Of a stretch of 64,000 bases of DNA, positions 9,348 through 19,073 are shown one piece after another. The position numbers were made by a program, and so were the translations under genes. Origin of the DNA: a virus (Duplodnaviria > Heunggongvirae > Uroviricota > Caudoviricetes); the IMG/VR virus record IMGVR_UViG_3300031994_000001, positions 183,799 to 247,798 of that record; one strand, 5' to 3'. Below the pieces are notes generated by a model. It was not told the origin of the DNA. It did not search any database and saw nothing but the letters and a program-made list of their open reading frames with translations. Numbering within the stretch: the first letter of the stretch is position 1; each line of letters opens with the position of its first letter.

Positions 9348-9773
9348 ATGAGTTTTGCGAAATACGATGACGGCATTGTAAAAAAATGCGAGATGGTTTA
9401 CACCAACCGTGTGAATAAAATAGAGGACATAAAGATTCTCGCTGACGGCACATACCTTGGATTCAAGGTCTGTATTCTTTCCTATGGCACACACCCCTGC
9501 TGCTATTTCAAACTGAACGAGGGTGACAAGTTCATTGGCGAGGATATGGACAATATCCCATTAAACTGCCACGGCGGTCTCACGTTTGCGCGGAAAACCG
9601 AAAAGGATTCCCCGATGGGTGAGGGTTATTGGCTCGGTTGGGACTATGCACACTACGGAGACGCAGACGGCAGCGGAATATTCGAAATGCTCGGAATGTC
9701 GGGTAAGAAGTACACAACCGATATGCTCGTTGCCGACTTGAAAGAGGCTATCAAACACTATGTAACACTTTAA
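9348..9773 (+). CDS. Conserved phage hypothetical protein
   Basis: CHGGLTF and WLGWDYAHYGD motifs; start moved to ATG 9348. Confidence 0.75.
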   Translation: MSFAKYDDGIVKKCEMVYTNRVNKIEDIKILADGTYLGFKVCILSYGTHPCCYFKLNEGDKFIGEDMDNIPLNCHGGLTFARKTEKDSPMGEGYWLGWDYAHYGDADGSGIFEMLGMSGKKYTTDMLVADLKEAIKHYVTL

Positions 9774-9784
9774 TTGAACGTCCT

Positions 9785-10132
9785 ATGGAAAAACTTATAG
9801 CATTCGGATTTGTTTTGCTTGTTATCTTTATGTGGATTGTCACAGAGGAATTGTCAAGCAGGAAGTTTCTCAAAGAACGAAGGGCTATCCTTACTGAAGG
9901 CAGGAAAATCATATTTTTCGCTTGTGTCAACAAGGAGTTTGACGATTGGAAACAAATTGCTTCCTGCGTCATTGTTGACTGCCGTGACGAATATTTCAAG
10001 TGCAAGTACAGTGACGGCACAGTTGACTATATCAGATACACATACCTCGGCGAATATGACGACAAGGTTGAAGTTTATGACGGTGACACCCTCGTTATGA
10101 GGACTGGGTTCGCCCTTCGTTATGACTATTAA
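9785..10132 (+). CDS. Hypothetical membrane protein (paralog of 6310-6645)
   Basis: N-terminal TM; VEVYDGD motif. Confidence 0.7.
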   Translation: MEKLIAFGFVLLVIFMWIVTEELSSRKFLKERRAILTEGRKIIFFACVNKEFDDWKQIASCVIVDCRDEYFKCKYSDGTVDYIRYTYLGEYDDKVEVYDGDTLVMRTGFALRYDY

Positions 10133-10143
10133 AGCAAAAGGTT

Positions 10144-10563
10144 ATGAATATTGTAAAGGCATTTGAAAAGGCTTTCGCCCAAAAGGAACGCTTGGGCTGG
10201 GATAAAATCTACGTTCTCGTTGATGTTCACGACACCATTATGAGCGGCGTGCATAAAAAAGACGAGCCGTATCTTTGGTACGATATGGCGTTGGTTGGTC
10301 TGAAAATGCTTTCTTCCCGTGACGACATCTGTCTGATTATGTGGACGGGTTCGCACGACACGAGGATAAGACAGACGCTTGCTGAACTTGAAAAACGTGG
10401 CATCCATTTCGACTATGTGAACGAGAACCCCGAAGCGGAGGACAACGATTTCTATTGCAGCACAAGCAAGATATATTTCAATGTCGGCATAGACGACAGA
10501 TTCGGATTCGAGGCGGAGAAAGATTGGGCTGACATTGTTAGATTTCTGACAAACTCAAAATAA
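10144..10563 (+). CDS. HAD-superfamily phosphatase-like protein
   Basis: LVDVHDTI, MWTGS, FDYVNENPE, K..F...IDDR. Confidence 0.8.
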   Translation: MNIVKAFEKAFAQKERLGWDKIYVLVDVHDTIMSGVHKKDEPYLWYDMALVGLKMLSSRDDICLIMWTGSHDTRIRQTLAELEKRGIHFDYVNENPEAEDNDFYCSTSKIYFNVGIDDRFGFEAEKDWADIVRFLTNSK

Positions 10564-10570
10564 CTGAAAT

Positions 10571-10978
10571 ATGGAAAAGGAAAGATTATTGACTTTGTGT
10601 AACTGCCTGCTGTCCGACAATGATGCGGAGCGAGACACCGCCGAGGAAGTCTTGATTCGGTATTTCGCCCCGCTGTTCAAGAAATGGTATGAGCGGATAC
10701 ATAAGTATTTGGGAATGAACATCTCGTATTATGAATATTACAACCCCGACAGCGGTATGTTCATTCGAGTAGTGTATGCCCAAAACAAAAACACACTGTC
10801 GTTTTATTATTATGACGAAATACGTTCTTGTGAGGATGTTGTTGAAGTTGACATAAATGAAATCACAAACGGCAACTTCCTTGACAGAGAGGAATACGAG
10901 GCCTGGCGAACAGAGGTAATGTATCACGAAAGCAGACTTTGCGAACTTAAAAAGAATCAACCAAAAGAAGTGTTATGA
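10571..10978 (+). CDS. Hypothetical protein (tandem paralog of 10975-11433)
   Basis: Shared KWY...KY.G.NIS.Y..Y and NF.(D/E).EE...W motifs. Confidence 0.7.
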   Translation: MEKERLLTLCNCLLSDNDAERDTAEEVLIRYFAPLFKKWYERIHKYLGMNISYYEYYNPDSGMFIRVVYAQNKNTLSFYYYDEIRSCEDVVEVDINEITNGNFLDREEYEAWRTEVMYHESRLCELKKNQPKEVL

Positions 10979-11433
10979 AAAAAGAAGAATTAAAAGAGTG
11001 GATTTACAAAATCAACGATGACTCGAAGTCGGTTACAAAAAACGCAAAACGCATTGTGATTGACGAGTGCGTTCCTTTCATCCAAAAATGGTACAATATC
11101 GTCACCAAATACGGCGGCGGTAACATTTCTAAATACGATGATTATCGTGATAACCGAGGTGAGATTGATGACGTGTCGTTCAATGTGTCCAAATCGGAAC
11201 TGACATTCCATTACTCTGACGGTTGCAGGGGTGAATATATTGAGGACTTCATAACCGTCAAATTGAACAACCTGCTTGACGAAAACTTCTTTGAGAAGGA
11301 GGAACTGCGTGTTTGGAAAAAAGCGGTTGCTTTTACCGAAAAAACGCTTGCCGAATACAAGGAAAAGGTTATGCGAATCGAAGAGACTTTGGCAGACCTA
11401 AAAGCCAACAAACCGAAAGTAAAAACCGAATAA
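10975..11433 (+). CDS. Hypothetical protein (tandem paralog of 10571-10978)
   Basis: Shared motifs; ATGA overlap. Confidence 0.7.
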   Translation: MKKEELKEWIYKINDDSKSVTKNAKRIVIDECVPFIQKWYNIVTKYGGGNISKYDDYRDNRGEIDDVSFNVSKSELTFHYSDGCRGEYIEDFITVKLNNLLDENFFEKEELRVWKKAVAFTEKTLAEYKEKVMRIEETLADLKANKPKVKTE

Positions 11434-11443
11434 AAATATTGTT

Positions 11444-11929
11444 ATGAACAAAGACAGAATGATAGACGTTAGCAAGTTCAGAATTGGCAACTATGTCATT
11501 TCAAGGGGTGAAATCACGAAGATAATCGGAATCCGCACCGACACGGACGACCCCACCTATCTGTGTGAGAACTGCGATATTTGGATGCCCGTGGTTGAGG
11601 GCATACGGCTGAACTTGGAAATCCTCCAATACAATCGTTTCGGTATGTCGGACGACAAGAGTTACGGCGTATTGAGAACTACGTTCAACCCGTTTGGCGA
11701 ACGAGGGTTCAAGGAGTTCGAGGACTGCATTATAATTGACCTTAAAATGCCGCAGTCCTGCTTGGTGAAGCATCAATACCTGCAATATCACGAAGGGTTC
11801 AAACCAAGTCTGATATGCAGGAAATACGATGGGGAAATCATTTACTTCCACGAGTTGCAGAACATTATGTCAGTCTGTGAAAACAAGGTCGAAATCAAGA
11901 TTGACCCCAATATGAAAATTCAACAATAA
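11444..11929 (+). CDS. YopX-like phage protein (HELQ family)
   Basis: FRIGNYV start, IRLNLEILQYNRF, YFHELQN. Confidence 0.6.
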   Translation: MNKDRMIDVSKFRIGNYVISRGEITKIIGIRTDTDDPTYLCENCDIWMPVVEGIRLNLEILQYNRFGMSDDKSYGVLRTTFNPFGERGFKEFEDCIIIDLKMPQSCLVKHQYLQYHEGFKPSLICRKYDGEIIYFHELQNIMSVCENKVEIKIDPNMKIQQ

Positions 11930-11934
11930 CAATT

Positions 11935-12414
11935 ATGGACAGAAGAGAATTTATCGCAAGGAAAGCCCACGCAATCGTTATGGGCGATTTGGACAAATAT
12001 GTTGTCCTTAAAGAAGATGAGAAAGGTCGCTATATCGAATACGCATTCAAGGATGGCGCACCGCACGACAACCGCTGTCTGTCTTGGTATGTCACGTTGC
12101 AGCCGAAAGCATTGAAGCGTAACGGTCACGACATCAAGGAATGGAAACTTTGTGAAGTCGGTCAAATATACAGACTTCTCGAAAACAACTGCGGCGAGGG
12201 TGACAAGAAAGGTGATGAATACTGCGCCGCAGGTCATCTCCGCGAAAAGTGCAGAAGCAACTACCCGCATTGGACTTATGATGAACCCGTCAAGTGCGCT
12301 TGTTGGAGTCTGTGGAGATTGGAAGACTTGGGTCAGTTGAGCATCCCGCTTGACAAAGTGGTTGACTATATGCACGAACTTGTGAACCTGCAAAAAGAAA
12401 AGCACGAAAGTTAA
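11935..12414 (+). CDS. Hypothetical protein
   Basis: Co-oriented ORF in a gene-dense run. Confidence 0.7.
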   Translation: MDRREFIARKAHAIVMGDLDKYVVLKEDEKGRYIEYAFKDGAPHDNRCLSWYVTLQPKALKRNGHDIKEWKLCEVGQIYRLLENNCGEGDKKGDEYCAAGHLREKCRSNYPHWTYDEPVKCACWSLWRLEDLGQLSIPLDKVVDYMHELVNLQKEKHES

Positions 12415-12432
12415 ACCAATAAACCGACAATT

Positions 12433-12894
12433 ATGAAAGAAGAAATTATGAATGTCAAGGTGTTCATCGCCGATGACGGAAAGAAATTCCTTGACGAAGA
12501 CGAGTGCAAGAGATACGACAAGATAATCAAGAACATTCGCTATTTCTTGGTTAAGCACACACCCGACTTGACCGAAACGGGTCTGTTTAAGGAAATCAGC
12601 GTTGTCGCTGTTTATTCCGAAAACGGATACCATCGTGAAATCGTTGAGCGTTGGTGCGTTGAAGAATGGAAATACTGCATTCTCGGCGTATCTGTGCAGG
12701 GTTACGGATTCCAACCGCACTTCGAGATTATCGAAGGCACGGGTGATGACATCGTGAAAACCCGTTGGAACAACTATGTCTATGACCAAAGGGTTGATTC
12801 CTTCAGATATAAGAAAAAGTTGTTCCTATCCCCGATACGTGTTGAGGGATTCCCGAACAACACGGACTATTACGAAAAATGGTTCAAACTCTGA
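12433..12894 (+). CDS. Hypothetical protein
   Basis: FIADDGKKFLDEDECKRY motif common in phage proteins. Confidence 0.7.
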   Translation: MKEEIMNVKVFIADDGKKFLDEDECKRYDKIIKNIRYFLVKHTPDLTETGLFKEISVVAVYSENGYHREIVERWCVEEWKYCILGVSVQGYGFQPHFEIIEGTGDDIVKTRWNNYVYDQRVDSFRYKKKLFLSPIRVEGFPNNTDYYEKWFKL

Positions 12895-12927
12895 TAAAAA
12901 AATTTTTTATTCGACATTTTTCGGAAA

Positions 12928-12940
12928 TTTTTATTATATT
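12928..12940 (+). promoter_or_regulatory. Phage promoter-like motif TTTTTATTATATT upstream of tRNA-like RNA A
   Basis: Motif recurs 11 times, always intergenic and upstream of a gene. Confidence 0.7.
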
Positions 12941-12968
12941 GTATTGTAAAGTTCTTTGAAAACCCATA

Positions 12969-13134
12969 AGGTGTGTAGCATAAACAATGCGCGGCGTGCG
13001 TCTATTTTTTTTTCGGTTCTTGTCTTAAAGAACACAGCAGCAAAACTCACTATCATCTGTATTTAATAAATTTCAATCAAAATCATTCCGCGAGACGCTT
13101 TGCCGATATGCGGGTCACAACCCCGCCACACCTT
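12969..13134 (+). ncRNA. tRNA-scaffolded ncRNA A (degenerate D and T loops, large anticodon-arm insert)
   Basis: Acceptor AGGTGTG/CACACCT; D stem GCAT/ATGC; stem CGGCG/TGCCG extended by GCGTCT/AGACGC; T stem GCGGG/CCCGC with 7-nt loop; insert has GTTCTT/AAGAAC hairpin and AAGAA-N5-CAGCA. Confidence 0.75.
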
Positions 13135-13185
13135 TGTTTTGAATCCCTTGTATTTCTACTCATAATAATTATTTTTGTTGAAGAA

Positions 13186-13219
13186 AAAAGGAAGCCCGTT
13201 TGGACTTCCTTTTTCTTTT
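13186..13219. terminator. Bidirectional intrinsic terminator
   Basis: AAAAGGAAG...CTTCCTTTT hairpin between ncRNA A (+) and the ligase gene (-). Confidence 0.7.
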
Positions 13220-13236
13220 TGTGTTGTCGGCATAAG

Positions 13237-14589
13237 TTACACTTCCCTGCCGTTCTCGTCATACACACACTTGACTGTCGGGAATCGCATACTCGTTCCA
13301 CCTTTTTGATTCTTGGTTTCCTCGAAATACTTGACGCTTATTGTGCGACCGAGGATTTCTTCGGGGTGTTCGGCATAGTATATCCTCTGTTGTTTGTTGA
13401 ACCCGCTTCCGACACCTACACGATTGCCCTTGTAGTCAATCACCACATTGGTAAGAACGTGCCGCACAACCTGCTTGCCGTCCTCAACCATACGCATATC
13501 GCCGAGTTCGTAGTCAATCACGGTGAACTCATCGTCCAGAAAATCCTTTACTTTAAGCAGGTTGTTCGTGCGCTTGCCCTCGTAGGCGACATCGCGGCGA
13601 ATCATAAGACCCTCCCATTTCTTCGCCCTTGCCTCGTCATAGAGCGTGTTGAACACTTCGTTGCTTTCGACTTTGGTCTGCTTCAGCATCTTTATATTGT
13701 TGCCGACAATTTCCGCATTGTCCAAACAGAACTGCCGCAGGTCTTCCAACCTCAACGAAAGATACCTTCCGCCGCCGCAATACAGTTCTTCCAATGTGAG
13801 TTTGTCGAACACTTGGTAGCAGGGATTAGGAATTGTGTAGTCTTTTTTCCTAACGAGTTTTACAATGCTTATGAAATCCTCGTTGCCGAGCAGGTCAACT
13901 ATGCAGAGTTCACCGTCAAGAACGAAGTTGTCTTCGGGACATTTTTCAAGGATTCGTTTCAGCACGCCGAGTGTAAGGAACTCCTTTTTCTGTCTTGAAT
14001 AGAATTTGACCAATCCGTTGCGCTTTATCGCTATGCACCTCACGCCGTCACATTTGCGGGATGCCCACCAATCCTGCGTGGTGAAGTCAACCTTTTCGGC
14101 AATGTCGAAATACTTGTTTGCCAAAGCGACACCGAAATTCTCGTTGATTGTGTCGAACCCTTTGAGGTCGAATACTGTTTGGATTGTGTTCGCAGCCACA
14201 CCGCAGCCGAAGTCCTTGTCTATGATGTCAAGGAAAAGGTTGGAGACCGCAAGGTCTTTTTTGCGCAGGGCGTTCCGTATCGAAGCACAAATCTCAACAG
14301 CATAGTTGCCAGTTATTTTTCTCTCCGAAAGTGATTCGAGTACATACATAATGTTCTCATCGGAAACGGTCTCGGCGCATCTGTCGGACTTGCATTTCAG
14401 AATGTTGTCTGCTGACACATAGAATCTGACGTGGGGGTTGGCAATGAAGTTGAACACTCTCATAGCGAAGTCGCTGTCCGCAGTTTTCTTGTATTGTTCA
14501 AGCATTTCACGCTTTTTGTTCAGCGATGAAGTTTCCATTAGATGTTGCTGCAAATCAGAGAGTTTCTTGAATTGTACCAAATTTTCCAT
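13237..14589 (-). CDS. lig: ATP-dependent DNA ligase
   Basis: RKCDGVRC (KxDG), VLDGEL, QVFD, EGLMIR, LLKVK, and OB-domain VGSGF...RFP. Confidence 0.92.
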   Translation of the reverse strand: MENLVQFKKLSDLQQHLMETSSLNKKREMLEQYKKTADSDFAMRVFNFIANPHVRFYVSADNILKCKSDRCAETVSDENIMYVLESLSERKITGNYAVEICASIRNALRKKDLAVSNLFLDIIDKDFGCGVAANTIQTVFDLKGFDTINENFGVALANKYFDIAEKVDFTTQDWWASRKCDGVRCIAIKRNGLVKFYSRQKKEFLTLGVLKRILEKCPEDNFVLDGELCIVDLLGNEDFISIVKLVRKKDYTIPNPCYQVFDKLTLEELYCGGGRYLSLRLEDLRQFCLDNAEIVGNNIKMLKQTKVESNEVFNTLYDEARAKKWEGLMIRRDVAYEGKRTNNLLKVKDFLDDEFTVIDYELGDMRMVEDGKQVVRHVLTNVVIDYKGNRVGVGSGFNKQQRIYYAEHPEEILGRTISVKYFEETKNQKGGTSMRFPTVKCVYDENGREV

Positions 14590-14612
14590 AGTGAAATTTT
14601 TAAAATTGCAAT

Positions 14613-14662
14613 TATTTATATTCGTTTTTTATTATATCAATATCGGATGGGTTGTATAAATA
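14613..14662. promoter_or_regulatory. Divergent promoter region between lig and nrdD
   Basis: TATAAATA on minus (14613-14620), TTTTTATTATAT on plus (14626-14637), TATAAATA on plus (14655-14662). Confidence 0.6.
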
Positions 14663-14739
14663 AAATCCCGATGCAACCCGTCAAAAGTAAATAATAAAAA
14701 TTGTCCAAAAATAATTATCGAATATAAAGACTAACTGAT

Positions 14740-16905
14740 ATGCGCGTATTAAAAAGAGACAAAACGATTGAGAAATTTTCCAAGATGAAAATTCGCAAAT
14801 CACTTCAAAAAACATTCAAGTCAAGCAAAGTTAAATTCTGTGCAGAATGTTATGACGAAATTATCAAGAACATAAACGCTGCCTACTTAAACGAGAAATC
14901 CGATGTGCTTGATATTAACAAAATCCAAGACATAACAGAATCAACGCTCGTCAAGTGCGACCTGCCCGAAGTGGCGAAAGCGTATATTCTGTACCGCCAC
15001 GAAAGAGACAGAATCAGAGAGTTCGCAAAGCAGAAGCAGGACTTCATTGAGAGTTACAAGAAGGCGTACAATACTGCCGACAACACCATTGACGACAACT
15101 CCAACGTGGCAAACAAGAACATAGGCGTTCTGAATGCGGAAATCCACAAAAAGGACAACATCCAAATCAACAGATTGACCGTAACCAACAAAATCCACGA
15201 CCTCTACCCCGATTTTGACGCGAAGCAGTATTGCAGGGATTTGGAAGACCACATTATCTACAAGAATGACGAGAGTTCATTCGCCTGCATCAGCCCGTAC
15301 TGCGTGGCAATCACAATGTACCCGTTCCTTATCAACGGTATGAAGGACTTGGGCGGGCTTTCGGCAAAGCCCAAAAACCTTGACAGTTACTGCGGTATGC
15401 TCGTGAACCTTGTGTTCGCTTTGTCAAGTCAGTTCGCAGGTGCTGTCGCACTTCCCGAAGCGTTGCTTTGTTTCGACTATTTCGCAAGAAAAGAGTGGGG
15501 TGACGATTACATTGACCACATCGAAGAGCCTTGTAAGAGCAACTTTTGCGCAACGCAGAGAACCGTGAAAGAACAAATCCATCAGTATTTCCAACAAATC
15601 ATTTATTCCATCAACCAACCCGCAAGCGCGAGGGGTATGCAGAGCGCGTTTGTCAATTTCTCGTATTTTGACGAGCCGTTCTTCCACGGAATGTTCGATG
15701 ACTTCGTGTTCCCCGATGGAACGAGACCCATTTGGCGTTCACTCAATTGGCTGCAAAAGGAGTTTATGACTTGGTTTAACGAGGAAAGATTGAAGTGTGT
15801 ACTCACATTCCCCGTGGAGAGTTTCGCTATGATTTACAAAGACGGCGAGTTTGTTGACAAAGACAACTTCAAGTTCGTTTGTGACGAATATTCACGCGGT
15901 CACAGTTTCTTCACTTACATCAGCGACAGCGTTGATTCGTTGAGTTCCTGCTGCCGTTTGCGCAACAACATCACGACTCACGAGTTCAATTTCACCAACG
16001 GGAACATTTCCGTACAGACGGGTTCAAAGTCCGTTATTTCACTCAACCTTTCCCGTATCGTGCAGAACGCTGTCAAGGATTTCGACAATCCGCAGGATAG
16101 ATTGGAGAAGGACACTATCTACGAGGCTATCCGTAACTATCTCATTGACGTACTCGGTCGCGTTTACATTTACCATAACGCATACAACCAACTTCTGTGG
16201 GATATGTACGAAGCCAAACTTATGCCCGCATACGATGCAGGGTTCATCCACCTTGACAAACAGTATCTAACAATCGGCTTGAATGGACTGAACCAAGCGG
16301 CTGAATTTCTCGGATTGAAATGTACCAAGAACAAACAGTACGGCGAGTTCTGCCATATGATATTCGGTACTGTGAAAGAGCAAAACGCGCTTCACAAGAC
16401 AAAGCACACAATGTTCAACACCGAGCAAGTTCCCGCTGAAAGCCTCGCGGTAAAGAACTACAATTGGGATAAGGAGGATGGATATTGGGTTCCAGAGGAT
16501 ACGAACCTTTACGCAAGTTATATCTTCAAGCCGAATGACCCGAATATTTCCGTTCTTGACAAAATCGAAATGCACGGGCGCGACTATATTGGCGACTATC
16601 TTGACGGCGGTTCAGCAGCCCATATTAATTTGAGCGAGCATTTGACAACAAAGCAATATGACGTTCTGCTGCACCACGCAGCAAAGACGGGTTGCCAATA
16701 CCTCACTTTCAATGTTCCGAACAGTGAATGCGAAGCCTGCGGTTGGATTGGCAAGACCCCCGTTGACGAATGTCCGCACTGCCACAGCAAGAGCATTGTG
16801 TATTGGGACAGAATCATCGGCTACCTCACCAAAATCAGAAATTGGAGCGAGGGAAGGCGCATTGAGCAGAAGACCCGTGTTTACACAAAGAATGTGAATG
16901 TTTAA
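14740..16905 (+). CDS. nrdD: Anaerobic (class III) ribonucleoside-triphosphate reductase
   Basis: N-terminal ATP cone, SSCCRL active-site cysteines, PAESLA, CEAC...CPHC Zn site, RIIGYL glycyl-radical motif. Confidence 0.95.
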   Translation: MRVLKRDKTIEKFSKMKIRKSLQKTFKSSKVKFCAECYDEIIKNINAAYLNEKSDVLDINKIQDITESTLVKCDLPEVAKAYILYRHERDRIREFAKQKQDFIESYKKAYNTADNTIDDNSNVANKNIGVLNAEIHKKDNIQINRLTVTNKIHDLYPDFDAKQYCRDLEDHIIYKNDESSFACISPYCVAITMYPFLINGMKDLGGLSAKPKNLDSYCGMLVNLVFALSSQFAGAVALPEALLCFDYFARKEWGDDYIDHIEEPCKSNFCATQRTVKEQIHQYFQQIIYSINQPASARGMQSAFVNFSYFDEPFFHGMFDDFVFPDGTRPIWRSLNWLQKEFMTWFNEERLKCVLTFPVESFAMIYKDGEFVDKDNFKFVCDEYSRGHSFFTYISDSVDSLSSCCRLRNNITTHEFNFTNGNISVQTGSKSVISLNLSRIVQNAVKDFDNPQDRLEKDTIYEAIRNYLIDVLGRVYIYHNAYNQLLWDMYEAKLMPAYDAGFIHLDKQYLTIGLNGLNQAAEFLGLKCTKNKQYGEFCHMIFGTVKEQNALHKTKHTMFNTEQVPAESLAVKNYNWDKEDGYWVPEDTNLYASYIFKPNDPNISVLDKIEMHGRDYIGDYLDGGSAAHINLSEHLTTKQYDVLLHHAAKTGCQYLTFNVPNSECEACGWIGKTPVDECPHCHSKSIVYWDRIIGYLTKIRNWSEGRRIEQKTRVYTKNVNV

Positions 16906-16921
16906 CATATATGACTTATAT

Positions 16922-16955
16922 AAAAGCGGGTGCGACTGCCGCATCCGCTTTTTTT
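16922..16955 (+). terminator. Intrinsic terminator after nrdD
   Basis: AAGCGGGTGCG-ACTGC-CGCATCCGCTT followed by a T tract. Confidence 0.85.
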
Positions 16956-16969
16956 AATACCAGAACCTT

Positions 16970-17983
16970 ATGATTAGCATTATAACCCCCGCACACAAGG
17001 TGCTGCCGTGGTACAACGCTCGGCTCATAAACGTGTGCAGCCAAGACTCTGACGAGTGGGAGTGGATTATCCTTGACAACTCGAAGGACGGATGCGTTAA
17101 AGAATATGTTGACCGTTTCTTTACTGAAATGCAGGGTGTGAATTACTTGCATTGCAGGTCTAAAATCAAAGTCTATCACGAGCCGCAGTTTTCTGACATA
17201 CCGCTTGTTGACGGTAAAATGGGCAAGATGTGCAATCGAATGCTTGAACTCGCAACGTGCGATGATGACGGATTCTTTATGCGTCTTGACTTTGACGATT
17301 TTCTGTGTGACGGGAGTATCCGTATAATTAACAAGGCTATCCGTATGAATCCCGACAGCGAATTTATCACGGGTCAAATAGGCGATTGGCTTGTTATGAC
17401 AAAGAACGGGGATTTTGACTATTGCGATTTCAGCGATGCGTTCAACCACGACCCCGATGACTTGCTTGAAGTTATGCGGTGCGAGAAAATCTGCGACCCG
17501 TCATTGATTGACGAATACAAAGCAAGAATACAAAAATACGGGCTGACAAGAAAACTTGTTAGCGCACCCTGCCGTGTGACATTACCATATACCGAATTTA
17601 ATTTTTTTCGAAACGAAGTGCAGACTTTGGGCGCGGGTTGGGATATGTTCGGCGGAGTTGAGCATCCCCTTTGTTTGAAGAAAAGCGCGTTTCTGAAAAA
17701 GATAGGCGGATTCGTAACGAACAATTCAAAAGAGGATTTGGTGAGCCTACTCTATGTGACGAGATTCGAGAACATTGTCTATATAGACAACGCACTTTAC
17801 CTCCGCTGTGTAGTATGCAGCAAACGCGGAAGATTCTATTATATGGACAGCGGCACTATTGAGGTATGCAACCAAGCAAACAAGCAGATAGAGTGGGATA
17901 TAATCACTTCCGAACTTAAAGAGAATTACAGCAGGCTCGGATTGTTCGGGCTTGTAGTACCAAAACGCATTAAATTCAACTAA
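16970..17983 (+). CDS. GT-A fold (GT2-like) glycosyltransferase 1
   Basis: ISIITPAH start, WEWIILDNSKDG, RLDFDD (DxD). Confidence 0.75.
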   Translation: MISIITPAHKVLPWYNARLINVCSQDSDEWEWIILDNSKDGCVKEYVDRFFTEMQGVNYLHCRSKIKVYHEPQFSDIPLVDGKMGKMCNRMLELATCDDDGFFMRLDFDDFLCDGSIRIINKAIRMNPDSEFITGQIGDWLVMTKNGDFDYCDFSDAFNHDPDDLLEVMRCEKICDPSLIDEYKARIQKYGLTRKLVSAPCRVTLPYTEFNFFRNEVQTLGAGWDMFGGVEHPLCLKKSAFLKKIGGFVTNNSKEDLVSLLYVTRFENIVYIDNALYLRCVVCSKRGRFYYMDSGTIEVCNQANKQIEWDIITSELKENYSRLGLFGLVVPKRIKFN

Positions 17984-17985
17984 CA

Positions 17986-18999
17986 ATGATTAGCATTATA
18001 ACACCTGCCCACAAGGTGATTCCTTGGCACAATGCTCGCCTCATAAACGTTTGCGAGCAAGATTCCGATAATTGGGAATGGGTTATTCTTGACAACTCGA
18101 AAGACGGGTGCGTCAAAGATTATGTAGAGCGTTTCTTTATTGAAATGCAGGGTGTGAATTATCCGCATTGCAAAGACAAAATCAAAGTTTATCACGAGCC
18201 GCAGTTCGCCGACATAACTATTGTTGACGGCAAGATGGGCAAGATGTGCAACAGACTTGTGGAATTGTCCGAATGCGGCGATGACGGATTCTTCCTGCGA
18301 CTTGACTTTGACGATTTTCTGTTCAAGGGCTGCATCCGTATGCTCACAGAAGCAATAGAGGCATATCCCGAAACCGAGTTTGTCACGGGTCAACTGTGCA
18401 ACAACCTATGTCAGAAATTCAGTGACGGCGAGTTCTATTACAATGACGGCTCGGCTTCTTGGTATGTCGTTCCCGAAAACCAACTTCAAGTTCTGATACA
18501 CGAGGGTTTCGGGAAAATTGAAGGTTTCAATGAGTTTGCCGAGAATATAAGGAATAACTATCGTAACATTGCTCCGAGATATTTGGTTGACTGTCCGAGT
18601 GAAATTGAAATACCGAACACGGGTCTCGTTTTCTACGGCAGGAACGTACTCACATTGAGAGACGGTTGGGGAATGTTCGGAGTGCCAGAGCATCCGCTGT
18701 GTGTGAAAAAAGGCGCGTTCATTGAAAAATTAGGCGGCTTTGTCACGGACAACACGAAAGAGGATTTGAACCGATTGTCATACCCGCTTGTGTTCAATGA
18801 GCAGGTATGGATTGACAACCCTCTGTATATGAGGTGTTTTCAAATAAATGATTCATTGCAGATGTGCGGTACGACAAACATTGTCCGTGAGCAATGCAAC
18901 TACGAGAACGAATACTATTACAAGGCGAGAACACTCAAAGCGTTCTACGAGAAATACGGATTGTACGGAAAAGTGATTCCACATAGAATAAAGTTCTGA
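17986..18999 (+). CDS. GT-A fold (GT2-like) glycosyltransferase 2, tandem paralog
   Basis: Same length (337 aa) and near-identical N-terminal ~110 aa; divergent central region. Confidence 0.75.
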   Translation: MISIITPAHKVIPWHNARLINVCEQDSDNWEWVILDNSKDGCVKDYVERFFIEMQGVNYPHCKDKIKVYHEPQFADITIVDGKMGKMCNRLVELSECGDDGFFLRLDFDDFLFKGCIRMLTEAIEAYPETEFVTGQLCNNLCQKFSDGEFYYNDGSASWYVVPENQLQVLIHEGFGKIEGFNEFAENIRNNYRNIAPRYLVDCPSEIEIPNTGLVFYGRNVLTLRDGWGMFGVPEHPLCVKKGAFIEKLGGFVTDNTKEDLNRLSYPLVFNEQVWIDNPLYMRCFQINDSLQMCGTTNIVREQCNYENEYYYKARTLKAFYEKYGLYGKVIPHRIKF

Positions 19000-19073
19000 T
19001 GTCCGAACATTTTTTCTTGATTTTTATTATATGAAAATATAAGACTAATACAAATCAACAAAATCACAGTATT

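Noticed and set aside
11920-12789. Long minus-strand ORFs opposite real genes (also 51669-52508, 27358-28032, 25493-26161 and others)
   Set aside because: Antisense shadows caused by codon bias; no motifs, promoters or gene-packing support.
13108-13998. 296-aa plus-strand ORF
   Set aside because: Antisense shadow of the DNA ligase gene; it also starts inside ncRNA A.
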